This document shows, in pieces, positions 1 through 16,452 of a stretch of DNA of 64,000 nucleotides; positions within the stretch are counted from its first letter, which is position 1, and each line of letters starts with the position of its first letter. Location of the stretch: assembly GCF_009914755.1 (NCBI RefSeq), contig NC_060942.1, one strand, 5' to 3'. A program made the position numbers and the translations under genes. Under the pieces are notes generated by a model. The model worked only from the letters and a program-made list of their open reading frames with translations. It was not told where the DNA came from and did not search any database. Source of the stretch: the human T2T-CHM13v2.0 reference genome, Homo sapiens.

Positions 1-3000
1 TTCTAGTGGGAGCTAGCTCTGTCAGCCTGACCTCGTCAGCTGTTTCTTCTCCGGGATACCTTCCAAATTTGTAGACTGCTGTTTGCTCCTTTACTATATT
101 ATGGCATTATTATGCTGTCTCTCTCCCCATCCCTTACACAAACACACATGCGCGCACAGACACACACACTTATATATGTATATATACACATATATCAAAA
201 AAGTCCCACACAATCCTCATTTCTTAATGGTACAATGAAAGCCAGCGTGCCAATCCTTTTGTGAGTTAATAGGCCTAAGAAAATTCTTCAGGTACTATTA
301 GCAAATTCTAATCACGTCTCTCTTAGAATGAAGGTCCATCACATAACATTTACTTTACTGGAATTGAATACTATCAACTAAGCCAATACACAGACAAATC
401 ATAAATGAAAACAACAAAAGAAAGAGAGAGAGAGAAATAGAAAGAAGGGGAGGATAATTCAATGGGTAGCTATAAGTTGTCCTGCCCTATTGAGCATCAA
501 GCATTTGTCCACAAAGGATGAAGGCAATGACAGCAAAACAGTAAAAGATTTTTTTTGGAAAAATCTAAGAATAATGCATAAATAATTTTAATAATTTATC
601 ACTATTGGCAGAGAAGTGAAGCACAATTGCTAAGGAGGGCAGGCAGTAGATTGTGAAGCCTTCAGGAAGAAGCTGAAAAAATAAGTGCCATGGAGAAACA
701 TGGGTTAAAGAAGAGTTAGCAGATGGATACGGTTATGCACGGAATAAAAATACCTCTAATAGGAAAAACCATTAAATTGGAACCTTTATAAATTTGGTCA
801 TATGTTTAAATAATAAAAACTTTCCAAGATTTTAATTTTGTATAGTAGTCCTCTATGGAATCACTTAATATGTATTTCTTTGTACATAGTGTACTTATTC
901 TTAAATATTTCTTGTATTGGACTTCAGGAACAATACAATGTGTACTGTAATTTTGGGACAAAAGCTACAAAGATAATTTTAAACTCGTACATTTTTTCTT
1001 TTATATTGAATCCAGCACAAAATTACATCATGAATCTCAAAACCATTCTGACACAATTAAGAGTTATAATATTATGATGAATTAACATGAGAAAGATATT
1101 GATATCTTCTCATACTCATGAGAGAGAATAATGAAATTACATTTAAGGAGTAGTTGATAATGGATTATAGCAATTTTATTCAATATCAAATGACACATAA
1201 TTCTTAATAACTCTAAATTAGAAACACATCTTTCCTAATAATATTTTAGACCAAGGCTATATCTGCCCTATGCTAAACTATGATTGATAACTTAAATTAA
1301 GTCAAATAATTTAGGTTTAATATTTCAAGTAGTCAGACCATTCACAGATCAGTTCAATCTTAATAGTTAACTTTGTGATTCTAAATGGATAAAAAATATT
1401 ACCACCATTTCCAAAAAGATTCTTCAGTTTTTCTTACTGACATGTTTAAATTTTACATGATTTATTTAGTGAAGAATAAAACCATTTTAGAAATCTGAAA
1501 TATTTAGTATTTCTTGATACATCAAGCATTATGTTTTTATTTATTCTATATTATTTATTCATCAATTAATCTTGTTCATAATAGAATACTATGAGCTGTT
1601 ATTAGCAATTACCTTAATTGGCAGTTTACTTCAATATTTGTTGAAGGCACAGTAAGTTCTTCCAGCATCTATATATAAAATGCTGTTTTTTGTACTTCTC
1701 AGCTGACTTATGTTGCTCTTGTTTGGGGAAGAATTTATTTTGCTTTATTTTAAATGACACTGGCCTTTGATTTCAATGTCCTGAATATAGTGGAACACGT
1801 ATACAGGCATGAAGTTTTGACTTCACTGAAGTCAACTGAACTTATCGTCTTCTAGTAAAAGGCAAAATACATATATGATTAAGTAAGTCATAATTGACTA
1901 TTCTTTATTAAATTCTTTCTAAAAAATTTCAAAGTATATTTTTTTCTTGGATAAGGGATCCTACTCTTACTAATAAAAATTCACATCTCCCAGCTTTCTG
2001 TTGTTTTTTTTTTCTCACTCATCTATCATCAATTGCTTTGTAAAAGAACAATTAACCTGAATTTTGATTTTTTTTTTCTGTAAATAATAATAACAGTAAT
2101 TCTTTTGGAGTGTGTGAATCCAGAATGCCTAAGTTGAAGCTAATCATTCATAGATTTATAATTTCAGAACTATCATTGGAAAAGACTGGAAGAGAGGGTA
2201 GGAGTCTTTGAGTGGTCTGCTGCTGCTGTTTTCATTGTACAAGTCTCCAACAAAATGAGATCTAAAGAGCAGTGACTTCACGGTGTTAATTAGATAAGCA
2301 CATCTGGGTCCATGTGGCTAGAAGATTAGTATCATTATATTAGATGTTATCTGGGAAATAAAGAATTAAAAATAAGTCAATCCATATAGCTACCAAAGTT
2401 TATCTGAAAATCATGTGAGTTACTCATTTCCCTTAATTTTACTTACTGTTTGATTTTGCTTTTCAGTTGGATTTTACACATATGGTAATTGAAATAGATA
2501 GAATAATGGAAAATATACATTTAAACAGATACCAGTCAAAGAATGTGGTTAAAAGAGAGGGTTGTAATGAATCATTATATTTAAGGGGCTATGAAAATGC
2601 CTAAATTTAAAAAAAGGGAAGATCTAGACAATATTCAGAAAATATAAATAGAAGAACTTCTATATAAAGTTTTATAAAGTTCTATGAATAGAAGTGTGTT
2701 TAATGATATATATGTTTAATTGTGTATATTTATGGTTACTCCAGTGAACTTTAAATTATGAAAGATGCATTAGATTGATAGATAATTATGTATAGTACTC
2801 AATCCTTCAACCATTGCTTTTTTAAACTTAGTCTTTGCAATACAATCACTTTATAATATAAATATATTTTTCATCTATTAATATGCAATCTATTCTGTAA
2901 CCATGAGGTAAACAGAGACAATTATTAATGAACAAAATATGAAATGCAATTTAAGCAATATTTATAGTTGGGAACTTAATTTAAGAAATCATGAATGAAG

Positions 3001-3439
3001 AATACTATACGCAATGCCTGACCTTCAGATGTATAACAGTAAAAGAACATTCTCAAAAACTGTTACAAGTTTACAAAAGTTAAGATATAGATCCTCTCCC
3101 TTAAAAACATATATGTATATATATGCACATACATATTTCAGAAAAACCTAAGTTAATCAAATTTAAGAAAGCAAGTAAAATAAAAAATGAAATCTAAATT
3201 AAATGTGTTTGGTTAAATCTATTTTTTTCCCAAATTTGAGTATAGAAATTCTATCAAAAGTTACATAGTATTATCTTAGAAAATAACCTCATACTAAACA
3301 AAGACAAAAAAATATAGAGGAGAATTTGGGGTCAAGTAAATACATGTTAATTACTAAGATATTACAAAAACTAATAATTATTTTCATGTTTTCTTAATAA
3401 ATATTTTCTTAACTCCATTAGAAAATGGGGGAGAAAAGG

Positions 3440-4510
<1,071 letters not shown>

Positions 4511-4794
4511 AAAAGAGAAAACAAGGTATTGCCATGACTGAAGATTTTGTTTGTATATGTTTCAATATAAATGGAAAAAAGTTAATTCTCACCTACATAT
4601 CACACAAAACACCCAAATTAATTTATGATGTGTCTTACACTTAAACATGATAAATCTAGATGTATTTAGAAGACAATGTAGGGTATTTTTTTGATCTTAG
4701 AATACGCAAATGTTTTAATAACAAGGCACAAAAAGGTGCAGATCTTTAAAAAATTGTACTTCATCAACATTGAAAATACACGTTCATCCAGACA

Positions 4795-5420
4795 ATGTTT
4801 CGTAAGGATGTGGAGAATTTGTAATCCTTATTCATTGCTTGTGGGAAAGTAAAATGGGGTAGCTGCTGTGGAAAATATTTTGGCATCTTCTAAAAGTTAA
4901 ACATAGAATTGCCATATGTCCTGGCAATTCCACTCCTGGGTATATACCCATTAAGAACTGAAAATGGATATTCAAAAATATACTTGTACATGAATGTTCT
5001 CAGCAGCACTATTCGCGATATCCAAAAGATGAAAACAACCTCAATGTCCAACAATAGATAAATGGATAAATACGTTATATCCATACAATGGAATATCGGT
5101 TATTATAATGAACAAAGTAGTGATAAATGGCACACCAGGGATGTTTCTCAGAAACACCATATAAGCGAAAAAAGCAATAACAGTTAATATATAGTATGAT
5201 TCCATTCATATGAAATACCCAGAATAGACAAATCAATAGAGAGAAAGCAGATGAGTGCTTGCCACAGGCTGAGGCGAGAGGGATAGGGAGAGCCCCAGAT
5301 CTCCGTTAGTTTTGAAACTAAATAGAGCTGACGGTTGCACAACATTGTGAAGGTTAGATGCCACTGTGCTGTACACCTGAAATGGTTAATTTTATATTAT
5401 GGGAACTTCACCCCCCAAAA
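4795..5420 (+). mobile_element. L1MB-type 3' end within older L1M sequence
   Basis: gtaaggatgtggagaa...aattccactcctgggtatataccc...atccatacaatggaata...tatgattccattcatatgaaat...tgcacaacattgtga. Flanked by older L1M sequence at about 4560-5920. Confidence 0.8.
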
Positions 5421-6139
5421 GATAATGTTACGATAGTGAAAAGACAAATTATAGACTGGGAGAAAAATATTTGGAATATATATATCTGACTCGGGACCTA
5501 CATGCAGAATATCAAAAACATACTCCTAAGTAACAATAATTAAAAGGAGATGAAACCTCTCCTCTTTCCCAGATAGGTAAAAGTCCTTAACAACTAAATC
5601 ATAAAAGAAGATATACATTTGACCAGTAAGCATATTAAATAATATTAAAATCATTAATCGTCAACAAAAATGTGCAATATCACTATTTATTCATCAGAAC
5701 GACTAAATATGTTTTTTTAATTTAAGACAGCAAATTTTGAATAGTATGGAACAGCTTGAACTCTCACATATTTCTGGTGGATGTGTGGAATGCAGTAATG
5801 TTGGAAATTTGCTTGGCATCTTAAAAAAGAAGCCTTTAAATAAAGCTAAATACAAAACTATGATACAACAAATCTACTTGTAGGTCTATACAAAAAATAA
5901 ATTACTCTGTATGTCCACAAGGACTGTATAGTCCGTCTGCCCGGCTGGCACAATATTAATAAAATCACACAAATTAGTTGCTTAAACAATAGAAATGTAT
6001 TGCTCACAGTTCTGGATGCTGGGATGTTCAAAATCAATGTGTCAGCTAATTGAAATTTAGGTGAGGGCTCTCTTCCTAGCTTATAGATAGCTGCTTTCTT
6101 ACTGTATGTGTGCATGGCAGCAAGAGAGAGAGAGAGGAC

Positions 6140-6176
<37 letters not shown>

Positions 6177-6215
6177 GTGAAACAGCGAGCACAACCACTC
6201 TCCTGTTTCACTAGT

Positions 6216-6928
<713 letters not shown>

Positions 6929-7426
6929 CTAATCTATCAGGCCAGGGCCCCACCCTTATGAACTGATTTAACCTTAATTACCTCAGGATAAACCCTACCT
7001 TCGAATACTCACATTGAGGGTCTAAACCTATAAACTTTATGGGGACACAATTCAGTTCTTAGCAAAAACCAATATTAAAATGTTCATAGCAACTTCATCT
7101 AGCTTAAAACTAGAAATAACCCAAATATTCATCAGAGGAATTGACTAGCAGCCCATTTGGTCATTAGTATACTCAGAGAATAGAATACCATACAGCAATA
7201 AAAAGAATAAATTATTGACCCATGGAATAACATGACTGACTCTCACTCTCAAATATATTGTGATGAGCAAAAGTAGCTACAAAATATTACAGGCAAAAGA
7301 ACATGCAAATAAAATAGTTTTAGAAGTCAGAATAGTGGTGACCATGGAATAGGGGTGGAATTGAGAAAGGGAAACAAAATACATAAGAATTGGAAAGATT
7401 AAAAGGTTTTGTTTTCATAGGGCTAC

Positions 7427-7806
7427 TGTCAGGAGATGAATTGTGTCCTCCTAATATTCATAGGTTGACATCCTAAATCCAGAAGCTCAGAATGTGACTG
7501 TATTTGGAGATGGTGGTCTTAAAGAAGTATTTAGGATACAGTGAAGTGAAGTCCCGAGGTGGGCCTAATCCAATATGACTGTTGTCCTCGTGACAAGAGA
7601 TTAGGTTACAGAAATGTACAGAAGAAAGACCAGCTGAAGACACAGGGAGAAGATGGACATCAACATGAGAGAGGCTTCAGAAGAAAACAACCCTGTGGAC
7701 CCCTTGATCTTGGACTTTTAGCCTTCAGACTGTGAGAAAATAAATTGCTGGTGTTTAAGCCACCCAGAGTGGTACATTTTTATAGCGGCCCCAGGAAACA
7801 AATACA
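7427..7806 (+). mobile_element. MLT1B-like MaLR solo LTR
   Basis: tg...gaattgtgtcc...gaatgtgactgtatttggagat...ctaatccaatatgactg...tgtttaagccaccca...aaataca. Perfect 5-bp TSD gctac at 7422-7426 and 7807-7811. Confidence 0.9.
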
Positions 7807-7814
7807 GCTACATG

Positions 7815-8387
7815 AAACTACTTTACTCATTATTTATGATTACTTATATAAAGCTCTGGTAATTAGGATAGAGGGTATTTGGTGTAGAAAGGGAAGATTC
7901 AGTAATGGAAGGGAAAAATGGACTCACCAAAATACCACTCCCATTTGAAAATGCCATTGAAAAGATATGATGTTGCCTAGCAAGGCAGGAAAGCATGGAT
8001 GTTTAATAAAGTGGTTCACATTAATACACCATCCATATGGAGAAACAACAGAACTTCTATCTTAAATCACAAATTCAACTTCAGCTTTATTAAAGATCTA
8101 ATTGTAAATGTCAAAAGCATAATAAAATATTTTAAAAATAATATGGAAGAATATCCTTACTCCTTTGGATAGGAAAGCATTTCTAATACATGGCAGCTCA
8201 AGAAGCATAAACCACAAAAGAAAAGAAGGAAATGTTTGAGAATATTAATGTTAAGAAATTCTGCTCCTTAATGTAGACCATAAATTAAATGGAAATAAAA
8301 GTCACACATTTACAAAAGATATTTTCATCCCATAAAACTGATATTTACTCTTCTTCTGAATAGATAAACATGCCAGTGAGTCTTTAA

Positions 8388-8435
<48 letters not shown>

Positions 8436-9000
8436 GCAATCACACAAAACACTTGAATTTTAGAGGAAAGGAAACAAAAGTGGTCAATAAACATACAAAA
8501 ACTTGCACTGCTTCATTATTAATCAGGGAAATGCAAATTAAAACCACATGAGGCAATAGTTCATGCTCACAGATTGACAATTACTAGTGTTTCTGAATTA
8601 TCAAGTGCATGAAAGGATTTGCAGCAATCACAACTGTTTACATATCACTGCTCTGAATCTACATCACACACACAACCTGAAAACAATTTGCCATTATCTA
8701 GCCACGCCGAAGAGGAACCAATCCTGTAAGCCAACCATTCCATTATTTCATGAATAGTTGTAAACATGCCCCCAGGAAACAGGTAGGAGAGTGTTTCTAA
8801 ACACACCATGTGTCAAAAAATCTGACGATGAAAACAAGTAACAATAAAAACTGGTAATAATAGAATGAAAAATAATATTACAAGTTCATAAAATTGTAAC
8901 ACCACTGTGAAAATGAATGACTTATGTCTACATGTACTGACATTTTTTCAGTAAAATTTTGGTTCAACAAATAAAGCTACTGAAAAATAATTTTAATATG
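7815..9000 (+). mobile_element. Highly diverged L1M (L1ME-like) ORF2 3' region
   Basis: Residual L1 motifs such as aatcagggaaatgcaaattaaaaccacatgag and ttattaaagatctaattgtaaa. Similar sequence at 7065-7400. Confidence 0.6.
8389..8438. repeat. (CA)n microsatellite
   Basis: About 21 CA units read directly. Other CA tracts at about 6140-6174, 19370-19390 and 49266-49291. Confidence 0.95.
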
Positions 9001-9928
9001 AATCAAATTATTTTCAGTTACAAACAAGCAAAAGAAAACTATATTTAGAAATACAAAATATAAAGTAAATACAATGAATAATTAGCGCAATGTGAACACC
9101 ACTTCTTTTTCTAAGGAATAAAAATGTTTATTTTATGTAAAATCATCTAATTCTCACATAAAATTGTGTTATTGTTATTATTATAACAAAGTCAATAAGG
9201 TTATCTGTTTTACTGTTGTTCATGCTTCTAGCATGTAAGAGTGAGCATACGTGTGGACCACAGGCAAAAAGACGATCCCTATAAACAGGAATTTTGCCTC
9301 ATTGTCCTGATTACCTGACAAGCATCTAGCAGGGTGCCCAGAAAAATAATATTTTTGAATGAATTGAATTATCTGAATAAATGAAAAGAACAAAAACAGA
9401 AAAAGTTCTGACATTACATTTCAATGATCTGCACGATTGTAAAGGAATCCTCCTAAGGCAGAAGAGACAAAGGGCTTCAAAGCTAATGACAATGATGTCT
9501 GTATTACCAAAATTGTTATCAGATTCTTGCAATGTTAATCTTTGGACAATTTACTTCATTATAGAACCTTATTCCTAGTCAACATTTAAAAAAAATTAAA
9601 AAATTAATATACCTTAGTGCTAAAATGACCATAACTTAGACAATTTAAATTTGTTTATATTTCAGAATATCATCATCATGAAATGGTTCTGATTATAGTT
9701 TATAAACATCAAGATGACATCTTAGTCAACTGGGCACACCAGGATTGTTGTCAATTGTTATTGTGCAAACTTTAAGAAATTTTACTAATGTTCTATAAAA
9801 TATAGACTGTTCAATTATAAATGTATGAAAATACAACTATTATCTCCCAGTTTTTGAGCAATTACATAATGTTGAATGTGAATCTGTTTGTCACGTCCTG
9901 TAACAAGTTAAAGTTATCTTTTTGGTAA

Positions 9929-11050
<1,122 letters not shown>

Positions 11051-11717
11051 TTCTTTTCTAAAAAACATGTTTATAGTCTAGCAGGTATCTTAAATAATAT
11101 TAGTACAAATTGAATATTTTTAATTTAAACACTTTAATTATATAGCTATATATTTTCTACCACTCATTTTTATTGCCTGATACGGTGTTCTAGTCCCCTA
11201 GGGTGGGCAAGAAGAGAACTAAGGATATTGTAACAATGCTCCTGGACTGCCTTTGTGCTTAGAAAAGAGTAGAGGCTGTCAAGAAGTGTTTTTGACCAGA
11301 ATCTGTCTATGAGGCAGCTCTGCTGTTGGGCAGCTCTGCTGTTCTAGTTGAAACTTGATCTATTTCTCTTTGTAATTACAACGGGTTCATGTTGAAGAGC
11401 CATCTTTTGTAGTATTATGTACACTTAAGTATCAGTATGCAGGTATGGATAATTCAACTATAATATATATATAGTTTTTATAGACATGCAAACTAATTAA
11501 TGTTCCAAAATATAATTTCTATAGGAAATCCATTCTAAGTCACAAATAAACACATAATGAATATACAATTTGAATTTGTCTTAATCATTAGTTAAGATTT
11601 GGGGAGATGAATGCAAATTAAATTAATGCAGTATTTCATTTAAAACTAGCTTTGTTGGCTATATACTTTTTTAGAGTTTTTGTCTTTACAGGGACACTAA
11701 AGCTGCTTTAACTTTAT

Positions 11718-11737
11718 ATCACCATCTAGTGGCAGAG
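11718..11737 (-). promoter_or_regulatory. Candidate CTCF binding motif
   Basis: Reverse complement ctctgccactagatggtgat contains GCCACTAGATGGTG, close to the CTCF core CCAC(C/T)AG(A/G)(T/G)GGCG. Sequence match only. Confidence 0.55.
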
Positions 11738-11794
11738 CATATACTTCTTAGAAGGAGACAGTAGAAGAAGACTGAAAATTAAAAGTAACCATGA

Positions 11795-12050
11795 AAGTTA
11801 CAGAAATACAAATATCACATGTTCTCACTCATAAGAGGGTGTTACAAACGGTGTACAACTGGATGTAGAGAGTGTGATGATGGACCCCGGAGACTTGGAA
11901 GGGCACAAGTGAGAAGAAGTGGAAGCTGAGAAATTACTTACTGAATACAATGTACGTTATTCAGGTGAGGAATACCCTAAACTCCTGACGTGACCACCAC
12001 ATATGTAACAAAATTGCACTCCTTCCACAACAATTTATATAAATTTTTTA
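11795..12050 (+). mobile_element. L1PB-type (L1PB4-like) 3' end
   Basis: caaatatcacatgttctcactcataag...ggagacttggaaggg...gagaaattactta...atgtaacaaaattgcact. Confidence 0.8.
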
Positions 12051-14203
12051 AAGTAGGGATTTTATGACGGCTTTATCATATTGGAAAAAAAGTTCTCCAA
12101 ATATCAGGCATACACATATTCAGAAAATGAATTGAGGGTTAATTAGTTAGTTATACTTCTGATTTAAGTATGCATATTTGTTTCTATTAGTACAGAAATT
12201 CAAGAGAAAAATTATTTAAATTTATTCATTTTAATTTATATTATATTGAGTATCCCTTATACCACAAACTTTTACATTCAAAGGGCCATTTTGTTTTTAT
12301 GGATATATTCTACAGAGCAGTTTAAAGCTGTTGCTATTTACTGCCTACCTGGCTTTGTAATTCTTTTGATGAGAATTTTTAAAACTATTATCTCTCATGA
12401 AGCCATATTATCTAGTGTTTTCTTTCCAATAATATTACTGGAAAAATATTAAGGGTACTAAATTAGGTGAATAAGTGGATTTTTAAGTATTAGGAAGAAA
12501 GAAAAAACTGAGTTTTACTAATAATTCAATTTCTAGTATATCATTGAATGAAAAAATTGTTTTAAATACAGTCTTTTTTCATCAAATGTGGAGTTATTTT
12601 ACAAGTGTCGTTCTTTGCTTGCTTCCAATTTCCTTTGTTAGCATATGCTGACTTCTCTGTTGTCTTTCACTAACCTAGCATTATCTTATGATAAACAGAG
12701 GAGAATTGCCTAAACACTTTTTTCTTTTAATTTTGGAGACTTTATCTGCAATATAAATAGTCTTTATGTTACAGTCGTCATGTCATCATTTTGTAGTTCT
12801 AGAAAGATTCTACTCCAGAGCTCCTGCGTTGCCATTCCTACAGGTATCTCTGTGCCTTTCTTTACTGAAGGGGAAAGGCATGCTTTTAAAATCACGCCGT
12901 AGAGATGTGCAACGTGGAAGTCCCGCATTTGATACTGTGGGCATGTCTTTGCCTTGCCTGTAGTGACCAGCAAGGTAGCGACAAGTCCTTTAGTAAAATC
13001 TTGTAACATGAAAAATTGGGCAGGTTTGGAAAGCCTTCTAAGAGTGACACCAAATTAACGAAGTAATGTATGCTATGATTCGCTAAAGATTCCTTGCTGA
13101 GATAGACACTTTGAGGTGAAGCTCAAACAGTTATTTTCAAAGTGAAATTTTATTAAATAGACCTAAGTTGCAATTATGCTAACATTATAATTATTCTAAC
13201 TGCTAATTCACTTTCAAATATAAACACAATACAGTCATCTGTCAGAATTATATTCATAAATCATGGGACCCAGCAGGATCCACAGACAAATGTGCACTTT
13301 AATAGGAAAAAGTGCTGTGAAAGTAAAATAAGTTTCATGTTGCAGCCAGTAAATGCATTACAGCCTAAGTTCCAAGAGGAGGCTTGTCACAGCAAACTCA
13401 TTATGTAGAAAGTATAAACGGACTTGGCATAATAACGGTATGAATTTGGAAGAAAAGTGAAATTATAAGGTATAATTATTGCCTTGTCCTATAGATTCTA
13501 CAGAAAATGCATCGAGTCAAATCTATTCAGTAGTATTTCTCAGATGCTTAAATGCCTTGATAAAATATGTCAAGGTATTATTTAAATCGTTGTATTATTT
13601 TAATCATATGCGGTTTGGTAGGCCAAATAATATATAAACACAGGCAAAGTTAGGTTGCATGTTATTCACATTTATTTTTAATTTTCCTAATGAACTCTAA
13701 TCTTTATAGTAATAGTATTTTGCATTCTTTCGTTAAATTAACACCAGGAGTATCAAAATGCAGCATTATCTGTAATATGGTTAATTGACAATTTATATGT
13801 ATATAATATATATATATAACACATTAAAATATAAGTTTATTTAAAGGTATGTATTTAACTGTAAGATTAAACATCAATATTTTGTTATATATGCATAGGC
13901 ATAAAATATGTGTTTACAAGTACATGGCTACATTAATTCATTTCAGAATGCATTTCTCTGTAATGGGATCCAGTGATAAATAGGACAAAGTTTCTGCCTC
14001 AAATAAACAGATAGTATAGATGATTTGACATTATGGTGATTGATAAAAAGAAGTTAAACAGGGCAATAAGCTATCTCATGGGGAAGGGAGGCCTCACATT
14101 TTGAAGGGAATTTCAAAGAATGTGTGGACCAATTGCAAAACACCAAGACTGTAACCAACCCTGCTAAAGACCTACACAGCAGCCACAGTTTTCAGTACAG
14201 TAC

Positions 14204-14648
14204 GGTATTAGTCCATTCTCACATTGCTATAAAGAACTACCGAGAACTTAAAGTATAATAAAAAATAAATAAATAAAAATAAATAAATAAAAAAGAATTA
14301 CCTGAGACTGGGTAATTTATAAAGAAAAGAGGTTTAATTGACTCACAGTTCTGCAGGCTATACAAGCAGCATAGCTGGAGAGGCCCAAGGAAACTTACAA
14401 TCATGGCAGAAGGTGGAGTAGAAGGAGGCACGTCTTACGTGGCTGGAGAGGGAGAAAGAGGGTGACAGGGAAGGTGCCCCACACTTTTAAACAATCAGAT
14501 CACTTGAGCTCTCATTCACTATCCTAAGAACAGCAAGTGGGAAGTCTGCCCCCATGATCCAATCACCTCCCACCAGACCCCTCCTCCGACACTGGGGATT
14601 AAAATTGGACAAAAGGTTTGGGTGGGGACGCAAATCCAAACCATATCA
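14204..14648 (-). mobile_element. MSTA-like MaLR solo LTR
   Basis: gtattagtccattctcacattgctataaag...gactcacagttctgcaggct...gggtggggacgcaaatccaaaccatatca. Perfect 5-bp TSD agtac at 14199-14203 and 14649-14653. Confidence 0.92.
14242..14291 (+). mobile_element. Ultra-short L1PA 3'-terminal insertion (about 20 nt of L1 plus A-rich tail) inside MSTA
   Basis: agaacttaaagtataataaaaaa is the L1PA terminus. Flanked by 11-bp TSD aaagaactacc (14231-14241) / aaagaattacc (14292-14302). Confidence 0.8.
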
Positions 14649-14911
14649 AGTACTTAAAGGACTTTCAGCTTCGTCTTTGTTTTTGGTCCCTAAATATTTA
14701 CCCTTTTTTAAATGAGCTTAGTCATATATTCACACAATTAAAAATTAAAGTATTTATCTAGCATTTCTTATAATTTTAAGCAAGTAGTTTTGCTCTAACC
14801 CAACAGTCTAATATTTCCAGAAACAATATTTTAGTATACACTTCTCTTTACAAAATTTCCAAATGTCTTCTTTCTGTCTTTCATCTTCTGTCTTCTTTCT
14901 CTCTTTCTTTC

Positions 14912-15186
14912 TTGTTTTTTTTTTTTTTTTTTTTGAGACGGGGTCTCATTCAGTCTCCCAGGCTGAAGCTGTGGTGTGATCTTAGCTCACTGCAATCTCC
15001 GCCTCCCATGCTCAATCAATCCTCCCACCTCAGCCTCCCAAGTAGCTGGGATTACAGGAGCATGCCGCCATGTCTGGCTAATTTTTGTGTTTTTAGTAGA
15101 GACGGGGTTTTTCTATGCTGCCCAGGCTGGTCTCAAACTCCTGGCCTCAAGCAATCCAACCACCTCAGCCTCTCAAAGTCCTAGGT
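14912..15186 (-). mobile_element. AluJ, 5'-truncated
   Basis: Poly-T then gagacggggtctc...ctcaatcaatcctcccacctcagcc...ctcctggcctcaagcaatcc (J-type diagnostics). Confidence 0.9.
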
Positions 15187-15786
15187 CCAAATGTATCTTT
15201 GAAGCTACACTCTTCAAATTTAATATGAAACTAAGAATAAAAGACAGCTATGATACAAAGTTATCCTCAATAAGATAGAACTTCTACTTTAATGCCAATA
15301 CATTGCCTCTGTGTCTCAAAACTGAGCTGTTCACAGAATCTATAATTTTTATTGTGTTCTTTAAACTCAATAAAGAAAGATTCTTTGCTTCATAGGATTT
15401 CTGTTGAATAAAATGTCACTTAAATGAACTTTTACCCAATAGTAACAATGTGTATATAGTATATTTTCTTAAAATGTGAATAAAATTTTAAGAATATACA
15501 GTCCTATATTAGGAAATTCAATGTTGGGAATTTAGGTTTTGCAAATTGTTTAATACTAAGTAGCTTTTAAAGATAACTAAATATCAGCATTTAAAAATCT
15601 TTAAGTGTTCACAATCAAATATATCAAAGCAGATTAAGTAACAATCAAAATCTGTGACTAATGTCATTTCTTAACAACTTACCACATTATTTTAAAATAA
15701 AAATTTGTTGTAGATGACATTATTTGAATATTTGTATCAGAATGTATCATGAACCTTTTTATAGCCATTGTTTGCATACTCTGAAC

Positions 15787-16452
15787 TTATGGTGTCCAAT
15801 AGTAGTGACCATGGACCACTTGAACTGTGGCTAGGGCAACTGAAGAGCTTATATTTTCATTTTATTTTACTTAAATTTAAATTTAAAGAAAAAACTGGCA
15901 CTTTGAGTCATTGGGAAACTTTTAATTATGTTTGCAGCAAAATAGGTATGTGAATCAACAAATTTTGACTATGAATTTATAAAATTTACATACAGATCAA
16001 GTATTTTAAGTGAATGATAAATATTAAAGTGTGCAATAAGTATTTTACTTTTATTTTCAAATTTTTATTAGCAACAGAATCTCACTCTGTCTCCCAGGCT
16101 ACAATGGTGTGATCATAGCTCACAGTAACCTTAAACTCCTGGGCTCGAGTGATTCCCTCACCTCAGTCTCCTGAGTAGCTGAGATTACAGGTAAGCACCA
16201 CCATGCCCAGCTAATTTTTAAAATTTTTTTTGTAGAAATGAGTTCTCACTATGTTCCTCAGGCTGTCAGATTTTTAAAACAATATGAAAAAATAATATAA
16301 AATATTTCATTATTAATATATCACATTAATTACATTTTGAGTGACAATTTATATATTGAATTATATATTTTAAATTGAATTGAAGATTTTTACTACTTAA
16401 AAAGAAATTTTAAAAATTCAAAATACACATGTAGATCATATTTTATTTTCTT
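15787..16452. mobile_element. hAT-Charlie DNA transposon fossil (Charlie1/MER33-like), interrupted by an Alu fragment
   Basis: gtccaatag...cacttgaactgtggctag...aactgaaga...aaatttaaattt, then atacagatcaagtatttt, ending aaaattcaaaatacacatgtagatcatatttt. Confidence 0.65.
16045..16266 (-). mobile_element. AluJ/FRAM fragment
   Basis: ctcactctgtctcccaggct...gatcatagctcac...ctcctgggctcgagtgat...ctcactatgtt. Confidence 0.85.

Noticed and set aside
1-110. Short minus-strand open frame (...YKFGRYPGEETADEVRLTELAPTR)
   Set aside because: There is an upstream in-frame stop, no ATG and no good acceptor, and the frame is truncated by the window edge.
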